Positions 36,143 to 47,100 of a stretch of 64,000 bases of DNA are shown one piece after another. A program made the translations under genes and the position numbers. Origin of the DNA: a virus; the IMG/VR virus record IMGVR_UViG_3300030061_002429, positions 1 through 64,000 of that record; one strand, 5' to 3'. Numbering within the stretch: the stretch's first letter is position 1; every line of letters starts with the position of its first letter. The notes beneath the pieces are model-generated. The model was not told the DNA's origin and made no database searches. It saw nothing but the letters and a program-made list of their open reading frames with translations.

Positions 36143-37731
36143 TGCCAGTAGTATTCTCACCCGGTGAACCTGAAACAAGGCCACTCGACCCGACTGCTAC
36201 TGTATACACAACCGCCCAAAGAGTTGCTGACCTCCTTGACATTGGACCGCAAGAAGCCGTACTGATGTCGGCCACTGCTGATACCAATGCAATATACATT
36301 ACAGGTACAGACTTTCGTAATCACGGTTTTACCGTTGGTGACAAAATAAGAATATACAGCGATGCTGACCCATTCGGTAAAGAAGACTTGGAGATTTCAG
36401 CCATAGGAGCAAGCACAGGTGGTGACAGTGCGGGTACGGGTCACGTCAAAATTACGTTCACTACTTCACCGATTACTGTATCAGAATACGAAGTAGCCGA
36501 CAATGGGTACGTACAGAATCAAGCCTCGTTTACCAACGGTAAAACACGAGGTATGACCAAAGCCAAAGTAGACCACGTTATTCTCAAGATGCAAGACCGC
36601 ATTGATAACGTAACGCATAACTCTTGGCGACCATACTTGGTAAGTGCCGAGTACATTAACTTCGATACTTACAAACCATACCGACGACGATACTATACGG
36701 ATTATGTTGGGACTGCACCACTCTTGTTTCGCAATGTCCAACAGATGCTACGCATTGAGTTGTGGCAAGGTGCTGACTATCGAGAAATATGCGGTGCGGA
36801 GGCACGTATCAAGTTTGATGATGTATCTGATTTGGCAACCGCAGGTATCTACATTTCACCCGGTAACGGTAGTGTCGCATCTCTTGAACAAGGCACTGGG
36901 ACAGGGCAATGGCGTGACGATTTTGATGCTACAACTGTGGCTCAAAATTTTGCGGATTTGGTAAACAAGGAAGACCGTGTGAACAAAGCAACTGTTGAGT
37001 TTTCACCAGCGTTTACACTGGAAGGGTCTACATCAAACGTGGGTGTCCATAACGAGTTCTTAGCAACAGCGAACAGTGATTACGGTACAGGTGTGGTGAA
37101 ATTAACCTCAATGCGTCAAGTCAAAGCAGGTGAAACGTGCAGTATCGTTACTACAAATTCCAACATTGAAATCTCACAAACGCAAACAAATACGGCTACT
37201 GTAACCAGTGTTGTATCGACTACTGTCAATGTAAATTCCACAACTGGATTTGTTGATGCAGGTGTTTGTGTTAAAGGCGACACAGTATTTCGCTATACAG
37301 GTAAAACAGCAACATCCTTTACAGGATGCGTCGTTGTCACTGGTTCACCATTAACAGACATCACTGGAACAATCACTCAAGAATCGCTTTTGGTAGACCT
37401 ACAAGGCGGTTCAAGCAGTGGGGATATGGCACGTCTACGTGACTGGTGGCTCGACCATGAGCAAGGTATTGTTTACTTCAACAACTCATATCCATTCTTT
37501 GAATGGAACGCTATCAAGGTAGCATACATTTGCGGTGAACGTTACTTGGAGAAAGCCATTGAAGACATCTGTACAAAGATGGTGGCTATTGAATTGCTCA
37601 TGGCTGATGACCGTAGCGTGTTGATTCCTGAAGGTACTCAAAACGTTGATTTAACCAGTAAAATACAATTGTATCAATCTGAAATCGACCGAACCCTGCC
37701 GAAGTACATCGAAATGGTGGTGTTCAATTGA
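36142..37731 (+). CDS. head-tail adaptor/connector with inserted beta domains
   Basis: YTTAQRVADLL N-terminus, QDRIDNVT, IKVAY.CG...AIEDICTKMVA C-terminal adaptor-like pattern; position. Confidence 0.7.
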   Translation: MPVVFSPGEPETRPLDPTATVYTTAQRVADLLDIGPQEAVLMSATADTNAIYITGTDFRNHGFTVGDKIRIYSDADPFGKEDLEISAIGASTGGDSAGTGHVKITFTTSPITVSEYEVADNGYVQNQASFTNGKTRGMTKAKVDHVILKMQDRIDNVTHNSWRPYLVSAEYINFDTYKPYRRRYYTDYVGTAPLLFRNVQQMLRIELWQGADYREICGAEARIKFDDVSDLATAGIYISPGNGSVASLEQGTGTGQWRDDFDATTVAQNFADLVNKEDRVNKATVEFSPAFTLEGSTSNVGVHNEFLATANSDYGTGVVKLTSMRQVKAGETCSIVTTNSNIEISQTQTNTATVTSVVSTTVNVNSTTGFVDAGVCVKGDTVFRYTGKTATSFTGCVVVTGSPLTDITGTITQESLLVDLQGGSSSGDMARLRDWWLDHEQGIVYFNNSYPFFEWNAIKVAYICGERYLEKAIEDICTKMVAIELLMADDRSVLIPEGTQNVDLTSKIQLYQSEIDRTLPKYIEMVVFN

Positions 37732-38096
37732 GCCGTGATAGGGACATTAAGAAAACCAATGAGGTTGTTTTTGAACAAATACGAGAAGAACAACGGAAAA
37801 GTAAGCAGTTTCAACAGCAAATGTTTGATACTTTCACCGTTACTCCACCTGATTTACGTGAATTACTCTTAAGAATCGAGGCACAAAATCGTGGTTTTCA
37901 AATTATTGACGGGCAAATTGTTGATGATAGTGAACAACCTGTCAATGAGCAAACCGCTAAAATGGTCGAAGATGAAACCAACAAAGCGATGTTACGTAGC
38001 AATCCTAAAATGGAAGAACTGAATTATGAGTACAAGGACGGTTTTTTTGTAACCATTAGCGTCAAAAAAATGTTGGAAAAGGAGGGTAAAGCCTAA
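37728..38096 (+). CDS. hypothetical neck-region protein
   Basis: TTG start overlapping the previous stop with GGTGG RBS. Confidence 0.6.
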   Translation: MSRDRDIKKTNEVVFEQIREEQRKSKQFQQQMFDTFTVTPPDLRELLLRIEAQNRGFQIIDGQIVDDSEQPVNEQTAKMVEDETNKAMLRSNPKMEELNYEYKDGFFVTISVKKMLEKEGKA

Positions 38097-38545
38097 TGGT
38101 TGCAACATGGAAGGAGGGTCTTACGTCACTGCTTGACATCTTCAAAACGGATTGGAATCGAGCCAATACTGGTAACTATCGGCCAGTCGTTTTGGACATC
38201 ACCGATACTTCCCCTGAACACGGCAAGCGTCTTGATTTACAGAAGCACGATTACGTCCTACTGTACGAAACAGCACACAACGAAGAAGCACCTGAACTGT
38301 TCTACGATTTCGTCACAACACGTATAAATATAACCGTAGATATGAGAACAGTTAAGGGTAGGAAGCACTTGGAACTACTTGAGAACGAGATACGAAGACT
38401 TGTCCACAGTAAACGAAAGGGGGATGGAACGAATTTTGACCGGTTAGTATTCAAGACACGAACTGACCTAAGTGACCGTAGCAAAATTCTATTTCGTATG
38501 ACGTTTCAGGTTGAAGTAGTGATACTCGCAGAATTGATACCATAG
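38096..38545 (+). CDS. putative tail terminator/completion protein
   Basis: 149 aa directly before the tail tube; INITVDMRT...EIRRLV...FRMTFQVEV pattern. Confidence 0.6.
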   Translation: MVATWKEGLTSLLDIFKTDWNRANTGNYRPVVLDITDTSPEHGKRLDLQKHDYVLLYETAHNEEAPELFYDFVTTRINITVDMRTVKGRKHLELLENEIRRLVHSKRKGDGTNFDRLVFKTRTDLSDRSKILFRMTFQVEVVILAELIP

Positions 38546-38555
38546 GTGATAAAAA

Positions 38556-40472
38556 ATGCCATCGACAGTCTACAAGGGAGATGTTTCAGAAGTCTTATTC
38601 GCCCCTGAAGTGGGTTTAACCATACGCCATACAACAGACTCTACATTCACGCTTGCAAATTCGGGCGGTATTGCTACAATAACATTCGGTTCAGACACCA
38701 ACACAGCACTGTTTGATAGTAGTAACCGTCTAAAATTCCCAGTCAATTCACTCGTTGGTTCTCATCTCACATTTGATAACGTACACGCTGATGTTGATGG
38801 AAAAGTATTCACAATTGTTGAAAACGATGGTACTGCCATAAAAATAAGTCCGGAAGTTGCCAACACTTCCACAGGAAGTAGCAATGTCATATTTATTCAT
38901 CCTTACAAAACTCCACCAATGGATAGTGTCAATTATACATATCGAGCAAGTGCAACAGGCGCACCTTCTGAAAGTCTACTTATCGACCAATTTTTAGGCA
39001 TTGCAAACGCTATCACTCTACCTGAAACCAAGTTTGAGGTCAAGCGATACCACGTTGTCGGTCTTGGGCGGGAAACTTCAGTGCAAGTACCCGGTAAGAT
39101 TGTCACAGAAGGTGGCTCGTTTGAGGTTAATTTACACAGTGCTCGTTGGCTTAAGTACTGTTTAGGTGGCGAAGTAATTGGCGATGTTGGTGTTTCAGGT
39201 GGTCCTGTAGGGAATGTTTCAACGACGCTTAGTTCAGCCGCTAACGCTGGTGATGTACACATTGATGTTGCTTCGGCATCAAACTTTACAGTAGGAAAAT
39301 ATGTTCTTATTCAAAATGAAAATGATGCGGCAATTGATATTACACCTGTTGGTCGTGCTTTAGATGATGTGTGGGACCAACTAATGACTGCACGTAAATT
39401 TGACAAAGCCCTCCCATTTGAAATTCGACGTATCACTGCTGTACATAGCACTCGAATTTATCTTGATGAGCCACTTCAATATGACCACGCATCGAGTGTA
39501 GACGCAGGTGATGCGGCATATGGTTCAAGCACAAACACTGTGTTTTGCCTCGATTACGCAACACCCGCTACTGGTGCGCCACAAATTACAACACAAACAA
39601 TTACCAATCCAATTACGCATCTTTTGTACGGTGCAAGTGAACAACCTTCGTTCTGTTTGGAGGTATCACAACGCCGTAGCAATGTCGATAAATCCACAGT
39701 GGTTGATGGAAGCCAAAGCGATACAAAGGAACTTACCCGAATTTATCGTGGTTGCAAAGTCACTGATTTTACGCTTACAACCGATAACGATGCGGCACTG
39801 CGTCTTTCAGTGAATTTCAATGCCGCACTGTGTTACACCGATACTGGAAGACTTGACACACCCGGCACATCAACAAACCGATACAATCCTCACCGTATGT
39901 TTGATGATACAGCAAGTTCAGCCAACGAGCGTTTGAAGGCGGGTATTGGTGTTGGAACGCAAAAACCGTTTATGTTTTACAACGGTCAAATCAATGTAGC
40001 GGGACGTACCGTAGCACAAGTACACAACTTTAGCCTATCAGGTCAAACAGGTATGCAAGCATTCCACACCATTAACAATACCAGTGTTTCAAACACATCG
40101 GCTGAATCGCAAGTACCGTTTGCAGGTAGTCGTAATACCTCAATTATGGTTGAAGGTCAAACATCGTATGAAATGTCATTAGAAATCGTTGTTGATGACC
40201 CAATATTCTTCCATAAGATGCGTTCTCAAGCCGAGTTTAGCGTATCAAGTACCGACGCTACAACCAATCAAATTGTCATTGATTTTGAAAAGCAAGTCAT
40301 TGGAAGCACTAATGTGGCTGACAGTGAACGAATTACAATTTTGATTGACGAGTACTACATTATTGAAGCCCCTATGCAAATTCCTGAAGATAAGGGTGTT
40401 ATGAAGAGTACATTGAAGATTATGCCGAAGAGTATCAAGGTACTTGCTCGTGATACTATTTTGAAGTATTGA
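38556..40472 (+). CDS. major tail (tube) protein with inserted domains
   Basis: PSFCLEV, YRGCKVTDFTL, PFMFYNGQI and YEMSLEI tube-like strands; position before chaperones and TMP. Confidence 0.7.
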   Translation: MPSTVYKGDVSEVLFAPEVGLTIRHTTDSTFTLANSGGIATITFGSDTNTALFDSSNRLKFPVNSLVGSHLTFDNVHADVDGKVFTIVENDGTAIKISPEVANTSTGSSNVIFIHPYKTPPMDSVNYTYRASATGAPSESLLIDQFLGIANAITLPETKFEVKRYHVVGLGRETSVQVPGKIVTEGGSFEVNLHSARWLKYCLGGEVIGDVGVSGGPVGNVSTTLSSAANAGDVHIDVASASNFTVGKYVLIQNENDAAIDITPVGRALDDVWDQLMTARKFDKALPFEIRRITAVHSTRIYLDEPLQYDHASSVDAGDAAYGSSTNTVFCLDYATPATGAPQITTQTITNPITHLLYGASEQPSFCLEVSQRRSNVDKSTVVDGSQSDTKELTRIYRGCKVTDFTLTTDNDAALRLSVNFNAALCYTDTGRLDTPGTSTNRYNPHRMFDDTASSANERLKAGIGVGTQKPFMFYNGQINVAGRTVAQVHNFSLSGQTGMQAFHTINNTSVSNTSAESQVPFAGSRNTSIMVEGQTSYEMSLEIVVDDPIFFHKMRSQAEFSVSSTDATTNQIVIDFEKQVIGSTNVADSERITILIDEYYIIEAPMQIPEDKGVMKSTLKIMPKSIKVLARDTILKY

Positions 40473-40481
40473 GGTGAAAGT

Positions 40482-41006
40482 ATGATTTATTCAATTAACC
40501 AGTGTCGAAAACTTGGACTACAAGACTATCTTGTATGGATTTGTGAGATTAACAATGTAGACCTTCCTACTGATGAGGTGTACATGCTTGACGCTGGACG
40601 AATACATGATTGGGTTGAATTATGTTTGAACCCAGTCGAAGAGATTGTAGAAGAAGTAGAGGTCAAGAGCGACCCAGTACCACCTGCACCTGCTGATGCA
40701 AACCCATTCCCTACTGACTTACAGTATGATTCACTCACCGTAGCGGAACTCCGTGACTTATGCAAAGAGCGAGGTCTACCCGTATACGGTACAAAAGCCG
40801 AGATAGTTTTGCGATTAAAGCAGAACGATGAAGGTATTATTCCCGAAGAAGAACCCGATAGCCCTACCGAAGAGGTAGCCCTTGACGGTGATTCGGAAGC
40901 CCCTACCGAAGAGGTAGCCGCATCCAATGGAGAGGAAACAAATGAAACGGACAGTAATACAAGACAAGAGCCTATTGATGAGCAACCAAGTACCGAAGAA
41001 GCATGA
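40482..41006 (+). CDS. SAP-domain protein
   Basis: YDSLTVAELRDLCKERGLPVYGTKAEIVLRL matches the SAP consensus; acidic tail with PTEEVA twice. Confidence 0.85.
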   Translation: MIYSINQCRKLGLQDYLVWICEINNVDLPTDEVYMLDAGRIHDWVELCLNPVEEIVEEVEVKSDPVPPAPADANPFPTDLQYDSLTVAELRDLCKERGLPVYGTKAEIVLRLKQNDEGIIPEEEPDSPTEEVALDGDSEAPTEEVAASNGEETNETDSNTRQEPIDEQPSTEEA

Positions 41007-41316
41007 AGTACAAATTGACCCTGACGACCCTTCGATGATTATCGAAGTATGGGTTAAAGAATTGACCTTTTTGGACATCCAAAAATCAGTCGAAAAACTT
41101 CTCAAAATTGGTAAAGACGGAAGCATCGGGCTTAATCTTGAAGGCTACTGGAAGTACGCTTTCTCACATTGGGTACAAAAAACAAATCCAAGTTTGACTG
41201 TTGATGATATGATGTCATTGACTGGATATGTTGGAGAACAGATGTCACAAATTTTGCCTAAGCCTCAAGACATTGCGGAGCAAATGCAAGCGGGGTTTAC
41301 GAAAGCGAGTCTTTGA
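40942..41316 (+). CDS. tail assembly chaperone (G-like)
   Basis: Position between tube and TMP; VWVKELTF; GGAGAGG RBS. Confidence 0.65.
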   Translation: MKRTVIQDKSLLMSNQVPKKHEVQIDPDDPSMIIEVWVKELTFLDIQKSVEKLLKIGKDGSIGLNLEGYWKYAFSHWVQKTNPSLTVDDMMSLTGYVGEQMSQILPKPQDIAEQMQAGFTKASL

Positions 41317-41606
41317 GGATTCGCTCGTTTTTAGAAAAAGGTGAAGTAAGGGGCGTGCAAGACATAAAGACACAATTTGAATTGTGGGCTTATATGGTTG
41401 CAAAGCATTACAGTATATCGCTTCAAGAGGTGTATTCAATGAGTCCTGAAATGTTCAAGCAGTCTATTGTTTGGGCGGGTGTTACAACTCAAATCCAAGG
41501 CGAAGAACAAGAAAAACGGATGGAAGAAATGAAACAAAAAACGAAGTCCAATGGAAATGAATCTGTTTCAATAGACCATTATAAGAACTTCTTGGACATG
41601 GAGTGA
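41313..41606 (+). CDS. tail assembly chaperone second ORF (T-like), possibly reached by -1 frameshift
   Basis: -1 frame open from 41262; only a TTG start; VAKHYSISLQEVYSMSPEMF is typical of T domains. Confidence 0.6.
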   Translation: MRIRSFLEKGEVRGVQDIKTQFELWAYMVAKHYSISLQEVYSMSPEMFKQSIVWAGVTTQIQGEEQEKRMEEMKQKTKSNGNESVSIDHYKNFLDME

Positions 41607-41610
41607 TTAG

Positions 41611-42945
41611 ATGGCCGCACCTTTACTTGGAATGCTCACTTCCGCAAGTGGATTGGTTTCTACTATTGGTAGTGGTATTTCGAGTCTTGGTAAAATTATT
41701 GGCGACCTTGTTGGTGAAGTTTTTAATTTGATAAACCAATATCTTGTACAACCATTGACAGATTTTGGTTCTTTCATTTGGGACGGTATCACTGCTGCAT
41801 GGGATTGGACAGTAGCCACTCTTGGTGCGCTTATGGGGTTGATAGGTGACTTCTTTTCATTTGTGAATGAGAGCGTGCTTGTTCCGATAGGGGATATGTT
41901 CGTAACTGGTTACGATTGGACTGTAACGGCTATAGGTGCTATCATAGGTTTCGTAGGCGATATATGGGACTTCATAATGACTTATGTTATTGACCCAGCC
42001 ATTTCTTTGTTTACTGCTGGTTGGGATGCAGGAAAGTCACTGGTTGGATGGGTAATTGATAGTGCTGTATCAATATGGGATTTTATTACTAACAGCATGG
42101 TAAACCCAGCAGTGTCTTTGTATGGTATGGGAATGAACGCTCTTACGACATTATATGATTGGTTTTTAACCTCAATGAGTGCAATATGGGATTTCATTGA
42201 TAGCGTTATTATTCAGCCTACAGTGTTTTTATTTGGAGCAGGAATGAACGCACTTACTGTATCGTACAATTGGTTCTTAACAGCAATGGGCGCAATATGG
42301 AATTTTATTGATACAGTTATTATAAAACCCATTGGATTTGTATTTGGTTTAGCATTAAACGCCGTAACCACCGCTTTTGATTGGTTTACAAGTACGGTCA
42401 CAACAATATGGAATTTTATTGATTCTGTATTTATTACCCCGTTGTTTAATTTTGGTTCAATGGTATGGAATGGTATACTGGCTACGAAAGATTGGATATT
42501 TGGCGCAATAAGCGAAACATGGAATTTTATGAACACATACTTCCTTTCACCATTAGAAACTGGAATTGATTTTCTTAGCGGTATAATTGATGATGTCGTA
42601 AGCAGTATCGAATGGGCTTTGGATGCAGGTAGCAACCTTTGGGACACTGCTACAGGGTGGATTCCCGGCTTTAGCGAGGGTGGTATTGCCACAGGACCAT
42701 CAAGCGGTTACCCTGCTATGCTCCACGGTACAGAAGCCATTGTGCCGCTAAGTGGTGGGCGTTCAATTCCTGTTGAAATTAACGGGGCTACTGGTGGTGG
42801 TGGTAATACTTTCAACATTACTGTAAACGCAGGTGGTATTACGGACCGCACAGATAAAAGACAACTGGCACGAGAGATTGGTAATATGATTCAACAGGAG
42901 ATGTCAAGAAGCATTGGCGGTACAACGATGCAGGGGCGGTACTAA
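41611..42945 (+). CDS. tape measure protein
   Basis: Amphipathic Trp/Phe repeats (about 37-aa units starting IWDFI/IWNFI); C-terminal FSEGGIATGP...LHGTEAIVPL. Confidence 0.85.
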   Translation: MAAPLLGMLTSASGLVSTIGSGISSLGKIIGDLVGEVFNLINQYLVQPLTDFGSFIWDGITAAWDWTVATLGALMGLIGDFFSFVNESVLVPIGDMFVTGYDWTVTAIGAIIGFVGDIWDFIMTYVIDPAISLFTAGWDAGKSLVGWVIDSAVSIWDFITNSMVNPAVSLYGMGMNALTTLYDWFLTSMSAIWDFIDSVIIQPTVFLFGAGMNALTVSYNWFLTAMGAIWNFIDTVIIKPIGFVFGLALNAVTTAFDWFTSTVTTIWNFIDSVFITPLFNFGSMVWNGILATKDWIFGAISETWNFMNTYFLSPLETGIDFLSGIIDDVVSSIEWALDAGSNLWDTATGWIPGFSEGGIATGPSSGYPAMLHGTEAIVPLSGGRSIPVEINGATGGGGNTFNITVNAGGITDRTDKRQLAREIGNMIQQEMSRSIGGTTMQGRY

Positions 42946-44156
42946 TGGCAGGTAATGCAAACACCCCAGTACGTTTGGTAAGTCAAAACGGTAAGTTTTA
43001 CAATCTTAACTGTACTACACTTTCAATTGACATAGACAGAAAAGTAAACGCTTCCCCTATGCCGTTTATGAACAGTTATCGTTTCACTATGGATTTGAAC
43101 TTAACCAATGCGATTATTACGCTTGAAGGGTACATCACGGATGACGATGTTATTTCATTTAGTGACGGTAGTGTAGCAATTGCATATGTTGATTTTGACG
43201 CTGTGGAAACTGCAATTGGAAGTAACACAACTGCAACATTTGAGGATTACATTGATATTTTGTTGGATAACAAAACTTCCTTTAGCGGTATTTTAAATAC
43301 GCATTCTCATGAACTTAATAGAAAACACGGCTTTGTGATTCAAGATGGTAATGGAGCATTAAGAACCATTTTCTTTGGTGTTATTTCAACACAATATGCT
43401 ACGCACAGTGCTGAATCTGATGCGTTTATTGTTCAAATTCATGACGGTACATCGAGTAAAACTAACGCTGAAATAGCGGCCAATCTAAAGGCTCTTGTCG
43501 ATGCATCAATAGCAGGTGCTACTGCATCACTCCAAACGGGTGAAAAAGGAAACACTAACACAAGAGTACAAATTACTTACTCAAGCGTACCTTCAGGTAG
43601 TACATACGTCAATAATAATTCACCTTACATTACATCAGCAACATGGAAAACAACAACACCCACACCTAAATTTACAACATTTTCAGGTGGAAAAAGTAAC
43701 AGTTCTGACACTGGTATGAGTGCTGGTGATATGGTGCAACAACTTTATGCTATTATTGATAACTCAAACGACGAATGGGGTGACAATGGTAAATCAGACT
43801 ATATACACGCTGTGCAAATACCATTTTTGTCCAAAGTAGCGGCTGAAACAGGTGACAAGTACTCTTCTCGATATTTCTTTCAAACAGCAGGTTACGATGT
43901 CGAAGATGGTGATTATCTTGGTGAATTTGCATCAGCATCACTAAGCGCAACGCTTACGAATAATTTACTACAAGAAGGCGGTATATATGCAAAAGGTTCT
44001 GTACCAGTAGGTACAGAATACAGTGAGGCTTGGGGTGGTCGTACATTTACAGGTATCAAAGCCATTGTAGACAAAGCAACGTTTGTTCAAGTAGGCGGTG
44101 AGCCAAACATTTACCAGTTTACAATTATTATGATGCCAACAAATACAATTCTTTGA
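42945..44156 (+). CDS. putative distal tail/hub protein with inserted domain
   Basis: Directly after the TMP; Dit-like N- and C-terminal strands (ITLEGYI; IYQFTIIM). Confidence 0.5.
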   Translation: MAGNANTPVRLVSQNGKFYNLNCTTLSIDIDRKVNASPMPFMNSYRFTMDLNLTNAIITLEGYITDDDVISFSDGSVAIAYVDFDAVETAIGSNTTATFEDYIDILLDNKTSFSGILNTHSHELNRKHGFVIQDGNGALRTIFFGVISTQYATHSAESDAFIVQIHDGTSSKTNAEIAANLKALVDASIAGATASLQTGEKGNTNTRVQITYSSVPSGSTYVNNNSPYITSATWKTTTPTPKFTTFSGGKSNSSDTGMSAGDMVQQLYAIIDNSNDEWGDNGKSDYIHAVQIPFLSKVAAETGDKYSSRYFFQTAGYDVEDGDYLGEFASASLSATLTNNLLQEGGIYAKGSVPVGTEYSEAWGGRTFTGIKAIVDKATFVQVGGEPNIYQFTIIMMPTNTIL

Positions 44157-44165
44157 TGTGATACA

Positions 44166-47100
44166 ATGGTAGCAATTGGAAGAACAAGTCACGCTTTCTT
44201 TTTTGATGGCGTATCTGATTCCATTATTATACCACAAAGCACATTTAACAGCACTGGAATAGAACGTAATGGTGTTAAAGCACCCCTTTCAGCATTGTCG
44301 GATGTTGAATTGCAAAACACCATAGGAAACATTTCGTATTCTGATTTTGTTATTGAAGCATGGGTCATTCCCGATTGTGGTGGTATTATTGCTCAACGAG
44401 ATGGACAGTTTCAATTGGAATTAGGAACAGTTGATACGCCCGGACCAGCAGTATTTCATCTTACTATGCAAACAGCGTTTGGTGATAAAACAATTACACT
44501 TAACACTGCTTTTGATAAAACAACTCGATGGGATGGCGTTGTTTACCCGTCACAAGAATATGGCGGTATACATGACTCATACAATCGTTTTGACACTTCC
44601 AATTACGGTGAAGCAAGTGGTTTGAATTTTAATAATCGACCACTGTATCATATTGTTGCTTCGTATCGAGGAGGTAACATTGAATTGTATGTCAATACAG
44701 ATATGGTTGCATCGAAAAAAGTCCCAATAGAATACCGAGTAAAACAGGTTGATGGTCACGTCTATGTTGGTGGGAAGGGTGGTCAATTTCGTGGTGCTAT
44801 TGAAAGCATACATTTCTCCAACAGTAAATCAAATAACATTTTCCAACCTGATTTTCCAACGTTAGGGAATGCAAGCACTGGTTTGTATCGTTTTGAAGAA
44901 CCACTTGACATTGTAGAAAAGGTCTACACAATGAATGCTGTAACAGCCGCAACTGATGGTTCGACAAAAACCATCACGATTGGAACGGCTGATGCACAGG
45001 AACTCATCGCTAAATTAACTGGTAAAGCATACGATAGCAGTAGTCCTATTGCGACTTTTACCGAATCACCATACAGTATGGGGAATTACGAAGTCAATGA
45101 TTTTTATTCTACACCCGGTACGACTGCAAAACTTTCGATAGCGCACACGCCTTACAATCTACTCATCAATGCGGGTTCACTTAATCGTAACACGTTCAAG
45201 CCTAATCAAAAACCGCCTGAACGTGTGCGTTTGCATTCTATAGATGGAAGCAATGGAAACATTTCAATTTCGAGTATACACGTTGATTTCGTTAATGGTA
45301 CAAGCGGATTGCGAGGTTTATTGCATTCAAGAACGGCTGATATTGATAATTATTTTGTAGTTGTTGGTGCTGATTTATTGATTGATAACGGTACAGGAAA
45401 GCCCTATCAACCACCGCATTACGGTACACAAATTTTTGACAGAACGGGACAAATGGTTCTTGATGAATCGGACAGTGAATCTCACGGATTAGTATACTCA
45501 TCAAGAATGGCAACAACTACATCTGACCCTAAAAATCCTTTTGCGGTTGTATGGCCTACATCAATTGACACGTTGTTCCAAATTGGTCACAGTGGAAGAC
45601 ATGCTCTTTCTCATATTACTGGACACGACTACATGCGAAGATTACCAGTACCAAACGATATGACTGTAGACCAAGTAATGAGTGGTAGTAGTGATATTGT
45701 TACGATGCGTTACGATTCTTCTCAACGTAACTTAAAAAATACAATCAGCATCAATAAGAATGTAGATGCTTACAGTCCTAATTTGAAAGGAAGCGTGAAA
45801 AGTTTTGTTAATACAAGTACTGTGGCTTCTATTGTAGATAACGGCTTACCTGCGTCGGTAAAGGAACTAATCGCTATTGGTGGGGCTGGGTTCGATGTAC
45901 GACCGTTTTTCTTGAAAGGTCCAGTTCCACAATCATATGACGAAGAAAGTCGTCTTTTCCATTTACGACCTGAAAAAGAATCTCGTATTGCTTTGCTCAA
46001 AGTACCCGCATTGCAGTCTTCTCACAATCTTGCACCGTTTGTTGAAATTCATTACAATGCAATTGACTTAACAGGTGCAAGCATGGGGATTAGCGGTCCA
46101 ATGCTCATGGTTGAAAAAACTGTACCAGCAGGGTCTTTTGACTTAGGTAGTGGTACTCGTGTCATTGATGTTATTACCAGTGACCTTGCGAATACTGTGC
46201 TTTATTCAGCAGGTGGAGTAATTGATTTTACAACGGGATATATGGGGTCAAACAATGTATTGAGTAAACCAAATTCTCTTGTTGGTGATACGACTGGTGG
46301 TAATGATAATGATTCTGAACTTGACTTTTCGACTACACCTGCTGTATATACTCCTGTAAGTGATGTTAATGCTATACCAGCCTCCCCGCCTAAAGTTATC
46401 AAAAAGTCACATGTATCATCTAATCACAATTCAGTTTATCATAAACTGTACTTTACACCTTCAACTAACATAATAACAGAAGAAGACCAAACGTTTTATC
46501 GTAAAATAAAACCTCTTACAACAAAATCTTCCACTGGAGAATTTGATATTGGACCGGTCAACACTCGTTCACATATGTTTGAGATGTTTGATATTATTGA
46601 TAATCAATCTACCAATGATAATCGAACAGCCATTTTATATGTTCAACCTTCAAACAAAAAACGTACAAATCAATTTTACAATTTATCCACCGCTACAAAT
46701 GGTCAAGCCACAAGAATGCATATATTGCAACTCATAACAAGAGGGCGAATCCGTAGCATCAATCAAGTTGTAGACGGTGAAACAAATGAAATTGATACTG
46801 AAATTGTCATTCGTGGTATATCGGATGAGTATCTTTCACAGAACATTGACGTTCTTGGTAGTGGTTCGCCTGATTCTCATGTCGTCAAAGAGATTGAACC
46901 CAATGCACCTGTCGTCACCGTCACGCTTGGCGGTCCCGGTCAAGGGGCGGTCAATACCAAGCCCACCTTCGACCCTTCACCGTTAATGCGTCTACCCGGC
47001 TCGACACGGCGAATGTGCGCTGTACAAGGCGTTGAGGTATTTGCTACAAACAGTAGTACAAGCGGTGTCACTGATTCGCTTACTATACGACCTCTTAACA

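Noticed and set aside
38556-40472. Contractile tail sheath
   Set aside because: Motifs and gene order fit a tube protein with insertions; no separate tube gene or baseplate wedge genes recognised
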